64,000 nucleotides of DNA, taken from the NCBI GenBank assembly GCA_013289665.1, contig JABCZN010000011.1, positions 31,023 to 95,022 of the forward strand, given 5' to 3'. The notes beneath the pieces were generated by a model, which was given only the letters and a program-made list of their open reading frames with translations, made no database searches and was not told the DNA's origin. The first letter of the stretch is position 1, and each line of letters starts with the position of its first letter. The position numbers were made by a program, and so were the translations under genes. Positions 40,817-49,744 of the stretch are shown here, piece after piece. Source of the stretch: Acidobacteriota bacterium (GTDB lineage Bacteria > Acidobacteriota > Terriglobia > Acidiferrales > UBA7541).

Positions 40817-41560
40817 TCAGTGTGTATCCGCGCGTGCAGGCGTTCCGTCCGACCATTGGAGCACCGGAATCATGAACACGGTCACTGGCTCCGGAGCGCC
40901 CTGAAATTGCGGATTCAACATAACCGGGGAGCCAGGCAGATCCGCACCCCACGCCGCTCCGTCCGTTTGTGGAACGTAAAACATCAGATGGGGAACCCAG
41001 TGACCGACGGAATCGCCAAGGTATCCCTGGCTCGACATCATGTAGCACATCCCGCCGGGCTCCAGGGGCGGTAGTTCTTTCTTGCTGAATCCCTTGATGC
41101 CGTCGAATATCTGCGCTTTGGAAAGTCCAGCCAATACCAGCTCTGTCCTCTTGAATGTGAGTGGCAGGACGGATCGTGCGGCCGGCGGATTAAAGCAGAC
41201 CGGGCCCCGCAGCTTGGGGTTCCAAAACTGCGGATCGTCGAATGGGGACATCCACGCTCGTTCCACAACACACACGAATCCATTCTTCCCTTTTACTGCA
41301 ATTTCGTACCCATGCCGCCCGAGGACCGAGACTTCGGCATCCCGTGATATGGACTCCGGAGCCGCACTCCGCGCCAGGGCTATCTCGGCATTTCGATCCA
41401 TCAAGTACTGATCAATGGGTGCCAAGCCCGGATACGCGGCTTTGGGATCCTGTGCTTCGGATTGGCCGACCCCACACAGCACCATAGCCATCGCGACGGT
41501 CGCCAATGTGTTCATCGGGACAATCTTCCGGTTTATTGCCAGTCTCGAGGTGGTTGACAC
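40817..41560 (-). CDS. Secreted hypothetical protein
   Basis: AGGAGA SD; EIALARSAAP, G.NGFVC, YMMS, PHLMFY patterns. Confidence 0.7.
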   Translation of the reverse strand: MSTTSRLAINRKIVPMNTLATVAMAMVLCGVGQSEAQDPKAAYPGLAPIDQYLMDRNAEIALARSAAPESISRDAEVSVLGRHGYEIAVKGKNGFVCVVERAWMSPFDDPQFWNPKLRGPVCFNPPAARSVLPLTFKRTELVLAGLSKAQIFDGIKGFSKKELPPLEPGGMCYMMSSQGYLGDSVGHWVPHLMFYVPQTDGAAWGADLPGSPVMLNPQFQGAPEPVTVFMIPVLQWSDGTPARADTH

Positions 41561-41891
41561 GAAGTCTTCTCCTTCCTACGAGCAACACGTCCTTCATTTG
41601 CTCCTCTACAGGTAAATCGAACGGGAGCCGCGCCAATCGACAGCCTGGGCGAAGAATCTTTGCCGTGGGAAATACCTGCGGAAGTTGCCGAGTAACTTCA
41701 ATGATTCCCGCACTTACGCAAGAGGAAAGGAGGGTGAGACACCATCTGTCAGGAGGAGAGGGCCAGGAAAGGACGACGACCACTCTTGCAAGAACTGCAA
41801 GAACCAACCCCGCAAAACCGGGCACCGGGCTTCAAGAAAAAGGTGGCCCGCCCCGGAGAAGGCGGCCCTAGAAAAGGAGGAGCAACCCAAG

Positions 41892-41913
41892 GGGGCGGGG
41901 TAAACCCCGCCCC
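41892..41913. repeat. GC-rich hairpin (REP-like or terminator) downstream of the DUF2911 gene
   Basis: GGGGCGGGGT-AA-ACCCCGCCCC; no clear U tract. Confidence 0.5.
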
Positions 41914-41929
41914 CCGAAAGGCGAGCGGA

Positions 41930-43021
41930 TTAGTTGTTGATGTCGGTTTTGGTTTCGAGCTTTGCAAGCATAGGCTCGAGGAAGGGCTTGTTGACGTCGG
42001 GGGCGCCGGCAATGGCCAGCTTCAGTTCCTTGGAGGCGGCGGCGTAATCGCCGGTGTGGGACGCGAGGCGGGCTTGCGCCAGATGGCTGAGCCAGTGATT
42101 GGGATCGCGCTTGGCGACTTGCGGATAGAGTTCAAATGCGCGCTTGGCGTCGCCCGCACGCTGCAGACCGCGGGCGTAAACATATAGCTGCGTGGCGTTG
42201 GCTTTGGCGAAAGCGGCCGAGAGTGTCTTGGCGGCTTCGTCTTTCCTGCCCATGGCGTCCAGGATGCGCGACTTGGTTTCCATATTCTCAAAGCGGTCTT
42301 CGTTCTGGATGGAAGTGTCTTCCCACTTCAGCGCTTCTTCCAGATTGTAATTGTTGTCGAGGCACCAGTTCGCGGCTTCGTCATAGCCGGCCCAGGTGAA
42401 GCCGCCCACGCTGCGCAACTGGTTGCGAATGCTCTTGAGGGTGACGCCTTTCACATCCACGGAAACGCGGAACGGCACGGCGATTTTTTCCCAGCGCATT
42501 GTGGCCGCGGCGGAATCGGGCTTCACGTCGTCGAACGTGTAGGTGAGCGTATCGAAAGTTTGATCGGTCGCGGGCTGGACGGTGACGCGCAGGGCGTCTT
42601 CCTTTTCGTCGTAGCTGAAGCTGCCCCAGGAGGTGGAATTTTTGGAGAAGATGATGGTCCACCGATCTTTGTCAGGGATCATGTGCAAGCCGTAGGTGCC
42701 GGCCGCGAGCGGTTTGCCTTCGACAGTGACGTCATCGGAAAAGGTGATGGTGGTGTTTTCGTTTGCACCGGAGCGCCAGACTTTTCCGTAGGGCACAGTC
42801 TTGCCCCAGACTTCGCGCGTGCCGGCGAGCGGGCGGCTGTAATCAATCGTGACGGTGCTGATGCCGATGGTTTGCGTGGTGACGCCGTGCTGGCTGATGC
42901 GGGGAAGATTCAGCTCCGTGGCCTGGCTGCCATTTTTGAATTGCGCCTGCGCGCTGCCGATGCAGACGGCGAGGCCGAAGGACACTGCGAGAAGAAAACG
43001 GAATGTATTGCGCATAGACAC
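41930..43021 (-). CDS. DUF2911-domain secreted protein with TPR-like tail
   Basis: IDYSRP..R..WG..VPYGKVWRSGANENT; helical C-terminus. Confidence 0.88.
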   Translation of the reverse strand: MSMRNTFRFLLAVSFGLAVCIGSAQAQFKNGSQATELNLPRISQHGVTTQTIGISTVTIDYSRPLAGTREVWGKTVPYGKVWRSGANENTTITFSDDVTVEGKPLAAGTYGLHMIPDKDRWTIIFSKNSTSWGSFSYDEKEDALRVTVQPATDQTFDTLTYTFDDVKPDSAAATMRWEKIAVPFRVSVDVKGVTLKSIRNQLRSVGGFTWAGYDEAANWCLDNNYNLEEALKWEDTSIQNEDRFENMETKSRILDAMGRKDEAAKTLSAAFAKANATQLYVYARGLQRAGDAKRAFELYPQVAKRDPNHWLSHLAQARLASHTGDYAAASKELKLAIAGAPDVNKPFLEPMLAKLETKTDINN

Positions 43022-43160
43022 ACCATCCTGTCTTGTCGCGAAAGATGAGCTTCGCGGAAGTGGAAATTAGTTGGACGAACACGCCCAAAGCGATAGACGG
43101 ACGGGGCGATGATGCGTGAGCAGGGAGATAAAATGGGCTGGATGCCAGAACATTTCTAAT

Positions 43161-43607
43161 TTACTTTGCCACTGGCCGATAGCAGTTTTGGTTACCACTT
43201 TTTTTCTTTTTAGCTAACTTGCGCTGTCGCCACTCAGCCAGTTTTTCTTCAATCGTTTTCAAGCGTGCTGTCTGCCCGGGGGACAGTGGCGCGCGCCGAC
43301 AACGCCGAAGAATATCTTTGAACATATAGCCCGAACGGAAAAAGTACGGGCGGCATTCCAGGAAACAGATGGCTGCTTCCATCGCTTTTGGATCGCCCGA
43401 AGATATTCGCTCCAGCGCACCGCCGTACCCGCTTGGAAAGGCAAGCTCGTCATAGCGCGCGTGAAATTCCGCGCATGCCTGCTCCCAATCACGCCGTTTT
43501 TCAGGGCTTTCCCCTCGGTCGACAAGGGTTTTGTGGATGCGAGAATGCAAGCGCGCGATTCGCGAAGCATTCTCGAGAATTGTTTGCTTCAGGCGGTCTG
43601 AATCCAT
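43161..43607 (-). CDS. Hypothetical helical protein divergent from dinB
   Basis: 148-aa ORF containing FLECRPYFFRSGY. Confidence 0.65.
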   Translation of the reverse strand: MDSDRLKQTILENASRIARLHSRIHKTLVDRGESPEKRRDWEQACAEFHARYDELAFPSGYGGALERISSGDPKAMEAAICFLECRPYFFRSGYMFKDILRRCRRAPLSPGQTARLKTIEEKLAEWRQRKLAKKKKSGNQNCYRPVAK

Positions 43608-43630
43608 GGGGATAGCGGGGAAAAAAACTA

Positions 43631-43659
43631 TTGACTTTCGCTTTTTGTTCGCCTATATT
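43631..43659 (+). promoter_or_regulatory. Sigma70 promoter with a LexA-type box in the spacer
   Basis: TTGACT (43631-36), 17 nt, TATATT (43654-59); TTTC-N7-GTTC at 43636-43650. Confidence 0.75.
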
Positions 43660-43817
43660 CACCCCCGGTAGAGGAAACGGGAAACGGGTGGCTTCGGCTT
43701 GCTGGTCCGCAGGCGGGCTCCATTGCCTTCGGGCTCTCCCGAGCCGTGCCTGCTGCAGGCGGGCCGCATGCCACCCGTTAAAGTAGCGCAAGAGTCGGTT
43801 CCCTGCCAGGAGCTCCC

Positions 43818-45275
43818 ATGGAAGCCTGTGTCGAAAGCGTCTCTCCTGAAATTCTCGCCGCCCAATCTTTAGCGCAGGATGAATCGGAAGCGGCCCGTTC
43901 CGCAACATCATCCGGAATGGAAAATGCGCACCTCGGAAGGCGGGCCTTACAAGAAGAAGAATCGGAGGGCCGATCTGAAGATCGGCCACTACAAGAGGCG
44001 GCTGCGCCGGAGAAACGATCTTGGTTTGGCGCGAACTGGCTTGGGTTGGGCAATGTGCGAACTCGGGAAAAGATGCCACATATCGTGCATGTGGATGTGG
44101 ACGCGTTTTTCGCTTCCGTGGAGCAGGTGCTGAATCCCAAACTGCGCGGGAAGCCGGTGCTGGTGGGCCGCGGCGTGGTGGCTTCGGCGAGTTATGAGGC
44201 GAAATTCCGCGGCGTGAAGACGGCAATGAGTTTTCGCGACGCGCTGCGCATCTGTCCGAAGGCGATTGTGGTGCCCGGGAAGTACGAGCACTACGCGGAT
44301 TTTGCAGAGCGCGTGCGGCGGATTCTGGAGACGTACACGCCGGCGGTGGAAACGGCGGCGCTGGACGATTTTTACATGGACTTCGCGGGGACGGAGCGGC
44401 TATATCCGGATTTCGAGGCTACGCTGCGACGCCTGCAGGCGGAGATTGTGGGGCGAACAGGATTGAGCGTGTCGTTGGGCGCGGCGCGGACGAAAGTGGT
44501 GGCTTCAATTGCGTCACGGCTGGAGCGGCCGCGCGGATTTCGTATCGTGCTGCCGGGAACAGAAGAAGGATTTCTGGCGCCGCTGCCGGTGGAAAAGCTG
44601 CACGGCATCGGGCACACGCACGCGGGCGCGCTGGCCGAGCGGGGCGTGACGACGATCGGGCAACTGCGGATGATTCCGAAGCCGGTGCTGATGGCGGCGT
44701 TTGGCGAGGTGATTGGCGAGCAGATCTGGGAACGCTCGCGCGGGCTGGACGGACGTGAGGTGATGACGCTGGCCACGCCGAAATCGGTTTCGCGCGAAAC
44801 GACGATTGAAGGCGGCACGATTGACACGGAATTTCTGGGCGGCTTGCTGGAATATCTGAGCGAGCGGATCGGTTCGACGCTGCGCGACCATGGCAAGCAG
44901 GCGCACACGATTGGCGTGCGCGTGCGGTATGTGGACCATTATTCCGCGCATCAGACGGTGCGGCTGCTGCGAGCGACAAACGACGAGCGCGAACTGCTGG
45001 TCGCCAGCAAGGAACTGTTCAGGAAATTGTTCACGCGGCGCGTGGCCATCCGCCATATCGGCGTGAGCGTAACCAACTTGGATGCCGACCGGCGGCAGAA
45101 TGAGCTGTTTGATGTGGATGCGAACCGGCGATGGTACCTGAACCGCGAAGTGGACCGCGTGCGCGGCCGCTACGGCTGGAACGCGGTCTTCTACGGCAAA
45201 GGCCTCGAGCTCCGCGAGCACTATCGAACGAAAGAGAACGGACTGGTGTTGTCGACACCTTGTTTATCGCGATGA
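43818..45275 (+). CDS. dinB: Y-family DNA polymerase (Pol IV-like) with an N-terminal extension
   Basis: AGGAG SD; HVDVDAFFASVE, ASYEA, LDD, LHGIG, PKSVSRE, clamp motif QNELF; alternative start at 44073. Confidence 0.88.
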   Translation: MEACVESVSPEILAAQSLAQDESEAARSATSSGMENAHLGRRALQEEESEGRSEDRPLQEAAAPEKRSWFGANWLGLGNVRTREKMPHIVHVDVDAFFASVEQVLNPKLRGKPVLVGRGVVASASYEAKFRGVKTAMSFRDALRICPKAIVVPGKYEHYADFAERVRRILETYTPAVETAALDDFYMDFAGTERLYPDFEATLRRLQAEIVGRTGLSVSLGAARTKVVASIASRLERPRGFRIVLPGTEEGFLAPLPVEKLHGIGHTHAGALAERGVTTIGQLRMIPKPVLMAAFGEVIGEQIWERSRGLDGREVMTLATPKSVSRETTIEGGTIDTEFLGGLLEYLSERIGSTLRDHGKQAHTIGVRVRYVDHYSAHQTVRLLRATNDERELLVASKELFRKLFTRRVAIRHIGVSVTNLDADRRQNELFDVDANRRWYLNREVDRVRGRYGWNAVFYGKGLELREHYRTKENGLVLSTPCLSR

Positions 45276-45544
45276 ACAGTTGGCCGGTCTAAAGACCGGC
45301 CACTAGAAAAGCAGGTGCGCTGGCCCCGCAAATTTATCCGGGGCGCAATCGACGCGCATGAAAGCCGGCGCTACAAGACCGATGGGCGATCTTGCCTGAG
45401 TCCAGGAAATGGCTCAGGTGTAAGGGCCAAGCTGCAAGATTTCAGAATTCTTCGAATTTCAAACTTCCCTTCCCTTTGCCGTTGCTACTCCGACGTCTCC
45501 GATCGCCTTCCCGCCGGTCGCTGGCCGCTGCTACAGGTCGCCCT

Positions 45545-48500
45545 ATGTTTGTGCATTTGCGTTGTCACAGCCATTACTCGTTTTTGCGGGGGGTGAATCC
45601 TCCGGAGGAAATTATCGCCGCGGCGGTTGAGCAGAGGATGCCCGCCGTGGCGCTGACGGATACAAATGGGATGTATGCGGCGGTGCCGTTTTACCAGGCG
45701 GCACTCGCGGCAAAAGTGAAGCCGATTGTGGGCGTGACGCTGGGTGTGGAAAGAGATGTCAAGGAGGTAAAGGAAAAGAGCGAAGTTGCGGTGCGACTGA
45801 GTTTAGAGCAAGCGCGTGACAGTTCGGCTGCGCTCAGGGCGAGCGAGTTCCGGAAAAAGAAAGACTCTAAGAGCGTCACGCAGAGTGTGGCGATGGTGTT
45901 GCTGGCGGCGGATGCGGAGGGGTATAGCAATTTGTGCCGGTTGACGACGCTGCGGCATTTGGGAGTTTTGCGGCCGGGGCAGGAAACGTTTGCCGAGGAC
46001 GTGGGCCGGCCGGTTACTTTGGAGGAGTTGGCGGTGCATAGCGCGGGGGTGATTGCGTTGTGGCCGGCGGCGGAATTCTTGCGCGGTGGTATTGCACAGA
46101 CGGGCCGGGCAAGCCCGGCCCCTGCAGAGGAAGAACCCCAGGTGCAACATCGGCACCTGGGGCACCCGGGGGAAAACACAACGGCGCCCGCCCCGCAAAT
46201 TCATCCGGGGTGCAAAATACGCGCTTCAGAAGGCGGCCGCTACACAGGCATCGCCGCCAGTCACCAGCCTGCCCTCGGCTTGCCGAACGGGTTACTAGTC
46301 ACCAGTCACCTGCAGCGATTGAAGGAGATTTTTGGGGACCGGCTGTACATCGAGGTGCAACATTTGTCGGCGGGCGATGGGCGGGTGTTGCGGGAGGCGC
46401 AGAGGCTGGGGCGGGAGATGGGGATTCCGCTGGTTGCGACCAACAACGTGCACTTCTTGAAACCGGAAGAGCATCTGCATCATCGCGCGGTGAACGCGAT
46501 TCGGACGGGTGGATTGTTGACGACGGTGGCGGCTCCTGAAATTACGACCGGAGAAGCGTGGTTCAAACCCGCAGTGGAGATGCAGCGGTTGTTTCCGGAT
46601 CATCCGGAACTGCTGCGAGCGGCGCTGGAGATTGCAGAGCGCTGCAATTTGGAACTGGAGCTGGGCAAGACGATTTTCCCGGAGTTTCCGGTGCCGGAGG
46701 GGGAATCGGTGTTTTCCTATTTGTGGAAGGTGAGCTTCGAAGGCGCGCAGAAACGCTACCGGCCGCTGCGGCCCGCGGTGCTCACGCGGCTGACACGCGA
46801 ATTGGAAGTCATCGAGAAATGGGGGCTGGCGCCGTATTTTCTGCTGGTGCGGGACATCGTTGAGGAAGCCCACCGGCGCGGGATACCGGCGGTAGCACGA
46901 GGATCGGCAGCCAGTTCGATGGTGCTGTATTGCCTGGGAATTTCTTGTGTGTGCCCGCTGCGCTGGGGACTCTACTTTGAACGCTTCTTGAATGAGCAGC
47001 GCGGGGATTGCCCGGACATTGACATTGATATTTGCGGGGCGCGGCGGGATGAGCTGCTCGACTACGTTTACGCACGGTGGGGCGCGGAGCATGTGGCCAT
47101 GATCGGCAGTTTCATCACCATGCACGCGCGGCTGGCGGTGCGCGAAGTTGCCAAAGTGTTTGGCGTGCCGCCGGGCGAGGTGAATCACTTCACGAAGCGG
47201 TTGCCGCACCGGCCGGTGCGGGAAATTCTGGAAGCGATCAAGCACCTGCCAGAAGGCCGCACGTTACCGGTGAATGACGAGCCGTGGAAAACGATTCTGC
47301 AGGTGGCGCTGCGGGTGGACGACGCGCCGCGTCACCTGGGGATTCATCCGTGCGGAACGGTGATTTCGGCGCGGGCGCTGACGCACCTGGTGCCGTTGGA
47401 GCGGGCGACGAAGGGCATCGTGGTGACACAGTACGACATGAACGCGATCGAAGCGCTGGGACTGATCAAGATGGATCTGCTGGGGCAGCGCGGACTGACG
47501 ACGATGGCGCTGGCGCTGGACAACATCGAGGGAAAGGAGGTCAAGGAAGTAGAGGAGGTAAAGGATCGGAGCGGCGTCGCGCCGGATGGAGTTACGCCTT
47601 GTCCGAAGGCGCGGACGATTGATTTTGACGCGATTCCGGAAAACGATCCCGCGACGTGTGCGGTGATTGCGGCGGGGCGGACGATGGGGCTTTTTCAGAT
47701 CGAGTCGCCTGCAATGCGCGGCACGCTTCGCACGATGGGGGCGCGAACACTGGAAGAAATGGCAATCGCGTTGGCGATCATCCGGCCGGGAGCGGCGGAA
47801 TACGGCTCGAAGGAACTTTTTCTGAAGCGGCTGCGCGGGAAAGAGCCGGTGGCGTATGCGCACGAATCGCTGAAGGGCATTCTGAGCGACACACTGGGCG
47901 TGTGCATTTACCAGGAGCAGGTGATGCAGATCGCGCAAGCGGTAGGCAGCATGTCGCTGGCGGAGGCAGATTTGGTGCGGCGGGCGGCGGCGAAATTTTC
48001 GGGTCAGCGGGAGCGCGAGCGGTTGCGCGGGAAATTCCTGAAAGCAGCGGAAAAGATGGGATTGCAGGGGGCGGAACGCGAAGAGACCTGGATGATGGTG
48101 GAGAAATTCGCGGGGTTTGGATTTTGCAAAGCGCATGCGGCGACCTACGCGGATACTTCCTATCGCATGGCCTATCTGAAGACGCATCACACGGCGGAAT
48201 TTCTGGCGGCAATGTGCAGTGCGGGCGCGGGGTTTTATCACGTTTCGGCGTATGTGGAGGAAGCGAAACGCTGGGGGATTGCGGTGCGGTTGCCGTCGGT
48301 GAATCGTTCGCGGATGGAGTATACGGCGGAAGGAGAGGATGACGTCCATCGTGACAACAGCCACGACGCAAAGCGCCCGCCTCAGAAGGCGGCCGCTACA
48401 AAGGCGATGCGGATCGGGTTGATGCAGGTGAAGGGTTTGCGGGTGGAGACGATTGTGGCGATTGTGCGGGCGCGGGAGGCGGCGGGCGTGTTTCGTTCGC

Positions 48501-49264
48501 TGGAGGATTTTCTGGCGCGGGTGCCGGCGGAGCGCGATGAGATCGAGGCGTTGATCAAGTGCGGCGCGTTTGATGATGTTTGCGGCATGACGCGGCCGGC
48601 GATGCTGTGGCAGTGGAATTTGCTGCAGGCAGCGGGACGGGAAAAGGCATTTCCTCAGGGACTAAAGCCCATCCTATCGAGCGCCCCGATGGCGGAGCTG
48701 AAGCTCCAACCCCCTGAAGAGAGAGCGAACCACTCCCTTGGCCCAGATGGAATGAACTCCAAGCGGGCATCGCAAACCCAAGAACGGGCCGGGCAAGTCC
48801 GGCCCGTTCTTGGAGAGGGGACTGTGGGTGTTTTGTTTGCGGAGATGGAGGAGGACGATGCGATTGGGATGGCGCTGCGGGAGATTGATGCGCCGGATTA
48901 TACGCGCGAGCAGAAATTGCGGTACGAGCGGGAAGTCCTGGAAGTGTGCGTGAGCGGGCATCCGCTGGATTTTCTGCCGCGGAACGGGGAGACGTGGAGC
49001 GACGAGTTGCCGGGCTTGGTTGGAAAACGGGTGACGCTGTGCGGTTGGGTGGTAACGTATCGCCACGTGGGCACGAAAAATTACCGGAACATGATGTTCG
49101 TGACGCTGGAGGATCAGCGTGGACTGTTTGAAGTGATTCTCTTCCCCGATGTGTACGACAAATTTGGCGGACTGGTGTATGAGACGCGTTCGATGCGGGT
49201 GACGGGAGTAGTGATGGAGGGGGAGCATATGAATGGGGAAAAGGTAGAGCGGTTGGGCGGGTAA
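45545..49264 (+). CDS. dnaE2: Error-prone DNA polymerase III alpha subunit with in-frame repeat-derived insertions
   Basis: PHP domain (HSHYSFLRG), ARGSAA, PDIDID, KMDLLG, FQIESP, FCKAHA, OB fold; follows dinB. Confidence 0.88.
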   Translation: MFVHLRCHSHYSFLRGVNPPEEIIAAAVEQRMPAVALTDTNGMYAAVPFYQAALAAKVKPIVGVTLGVERDVKEVKEKSEVAVRLSLEQARDSSAALRASEFRKKKDSKSVTQSVAMVLLAADAEGYSNLCRLTTLRHLGVLRPGQETFAEDVGRPVTLEELAVHSAGVIALWPAAEFLRGGIAQTGRASPAPAEEEPQVQHRHLGHPGENTTAPAPQIHPGCKIRASEGGRYTGIAASHQPALGLPNGLLVTSHLQRLKEIFGDRLYIEVQHLSAGDGRVLREAQRLGREMGIPLVATNNVHFLKPEEHLHHRAVNAIRTGGLLTTVAAPEITTGEAWFKPAVEMQRLFPDHPELLRAALEIAERCNLELELGKTIFPEFPVPEGESVFSYLWKVSFEGAQKRYRPLRPAVLTRLTRELEVIEKWGLAPYFLLVRDIVEEAHRRGIPAVARGSAASSMVLYCLGISCVCPLRWGLYFERFLNEQRGDCPDIDIDICGARRDELLDYVYARWGAEHVAMIGSFITMHARLAVREVAKVFGVPPGEVNHFTKRLPHRPVREILEAIKHLPEGRTLPVNDEPWKTILQVALRVDDAPRHLGIHPCGTVISARALTHLVPLERATKGIVVTQYDMNAIEALGLIKMDLLGQRGLTTMALALDNIEGKEVKEVEEVKDRSGVAPDGVTPCPKARTIDFDAIPENDPATCAVIAAGRTMGLFQIESPAMRGTLRTMGARTLEEMAIALAIIRPGAAEYGSKELFLKRLRGKEPVAYAHESLKGILSDTLGVCIYQEQVMQIAQAVGSMSLAEADLVRRAAAKFSGQRERERLRGKFLKAAEKMGLQGAEREETWMMVEKFAGFGFCKAHAATYADTSYRMAYLKTHHTAEFLAAMCSAGAGFYHVSAYVEEAKRWGIAVRLPSVNRSRMEYTAEGEDDVHRDNSHDAKRPPQKAAATKAMRIGLMQVKGLRVETIVAIVRAREAAGVFRSLEDFLARVPAERDEIEALIKCGAFDDVCGMTRPAMLWQWNLLQAAGREKAFPQGLKPILSSAPMAELKLQPPEERANHSLGPDGMNSKRASQTQERAGQVRPVLGEGTVGVLFAEMEEDDAIGMALREIDAPDYTREQKLRYEREVLEVCVSGHPLDFLPRNGETWSDELPGLVGKRVTLCGWVVTYRHVGTKNYRNMMFVTLEDQRGLFEVILFPDVYDKFGGLVYETRSMRVTGVVMEGEHMNGEKVERLGG

Positions 49265-49397
49265 GTTGGTGGGTGGCGGGGAGCGGATAACAGACAGAAG
49301 CGATCAGATAGCCGGAGGCAAGAGTGGAGCGCGTTCTGAGGTTGGGGAAAGGTTGCTGATCGCCCATGGCAGACAGCTAAACACAAATGATCACCAC

Positions 49398-49706
49398 ATG
49401 ATTCGACCGACGAAGAAAACTGAGCGAGGACCGGAACCTCAGATTGGCCAACCGGCGTCGAGCGGCGAAGGCTGGCTGGGGCACAACCGCAGCGAGAAAC
49501 GGCGCCTGTGGGAACGGCTGAACCCACGGCACCGCAAAGAGCTGCGGATGCTCGCGGAAGCACTGGCGCTCAAGCAGAATCACGCGCGATTGCCGGAAGC
49601 GGCGCGCGGGCGTCTGGACGCGGCGCTCGGGGAACTGGACCGCGTGATCCGCCGAATCGCGGCCATCCTGGCGGAGTTAGCACGCCGGACACCACCGCCA
49701 GGGTGA
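49398..49706 (+). CDS. Small basic helical hypothetical protein
   Basis: 102-aa ORF with GC-rich codon usage downstream of dnaE2. Confidence 0.5.
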   Translation: MIRPTKKTERGPEPQIGQPASSGEGWLGHNRSEKRRLWERLNPRHRKELRMLAEALALKQNHARLPEAARGRLDAALGELDRVIRRIAAILAELARRTPPPG

Positions 49707-49744
49707 GTCTTGCGGGCCCCAGACGCGAGGCACATACTTTTGAC

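Noticed and set aside
45392-45544. Upstream extension of dnaE2 in the ORF track
   Set aside because: PHP homology begins at MFVHL (45545); the upstream part looks like spacer sequence
45745-48870. Inteins or introns as the explanation for the DnaE2 inserts
   Set aside because: The inserts are short and lack C/S...HN splice motifs, endonuclease motifs and group I/II features; they resolve into DNA repeats
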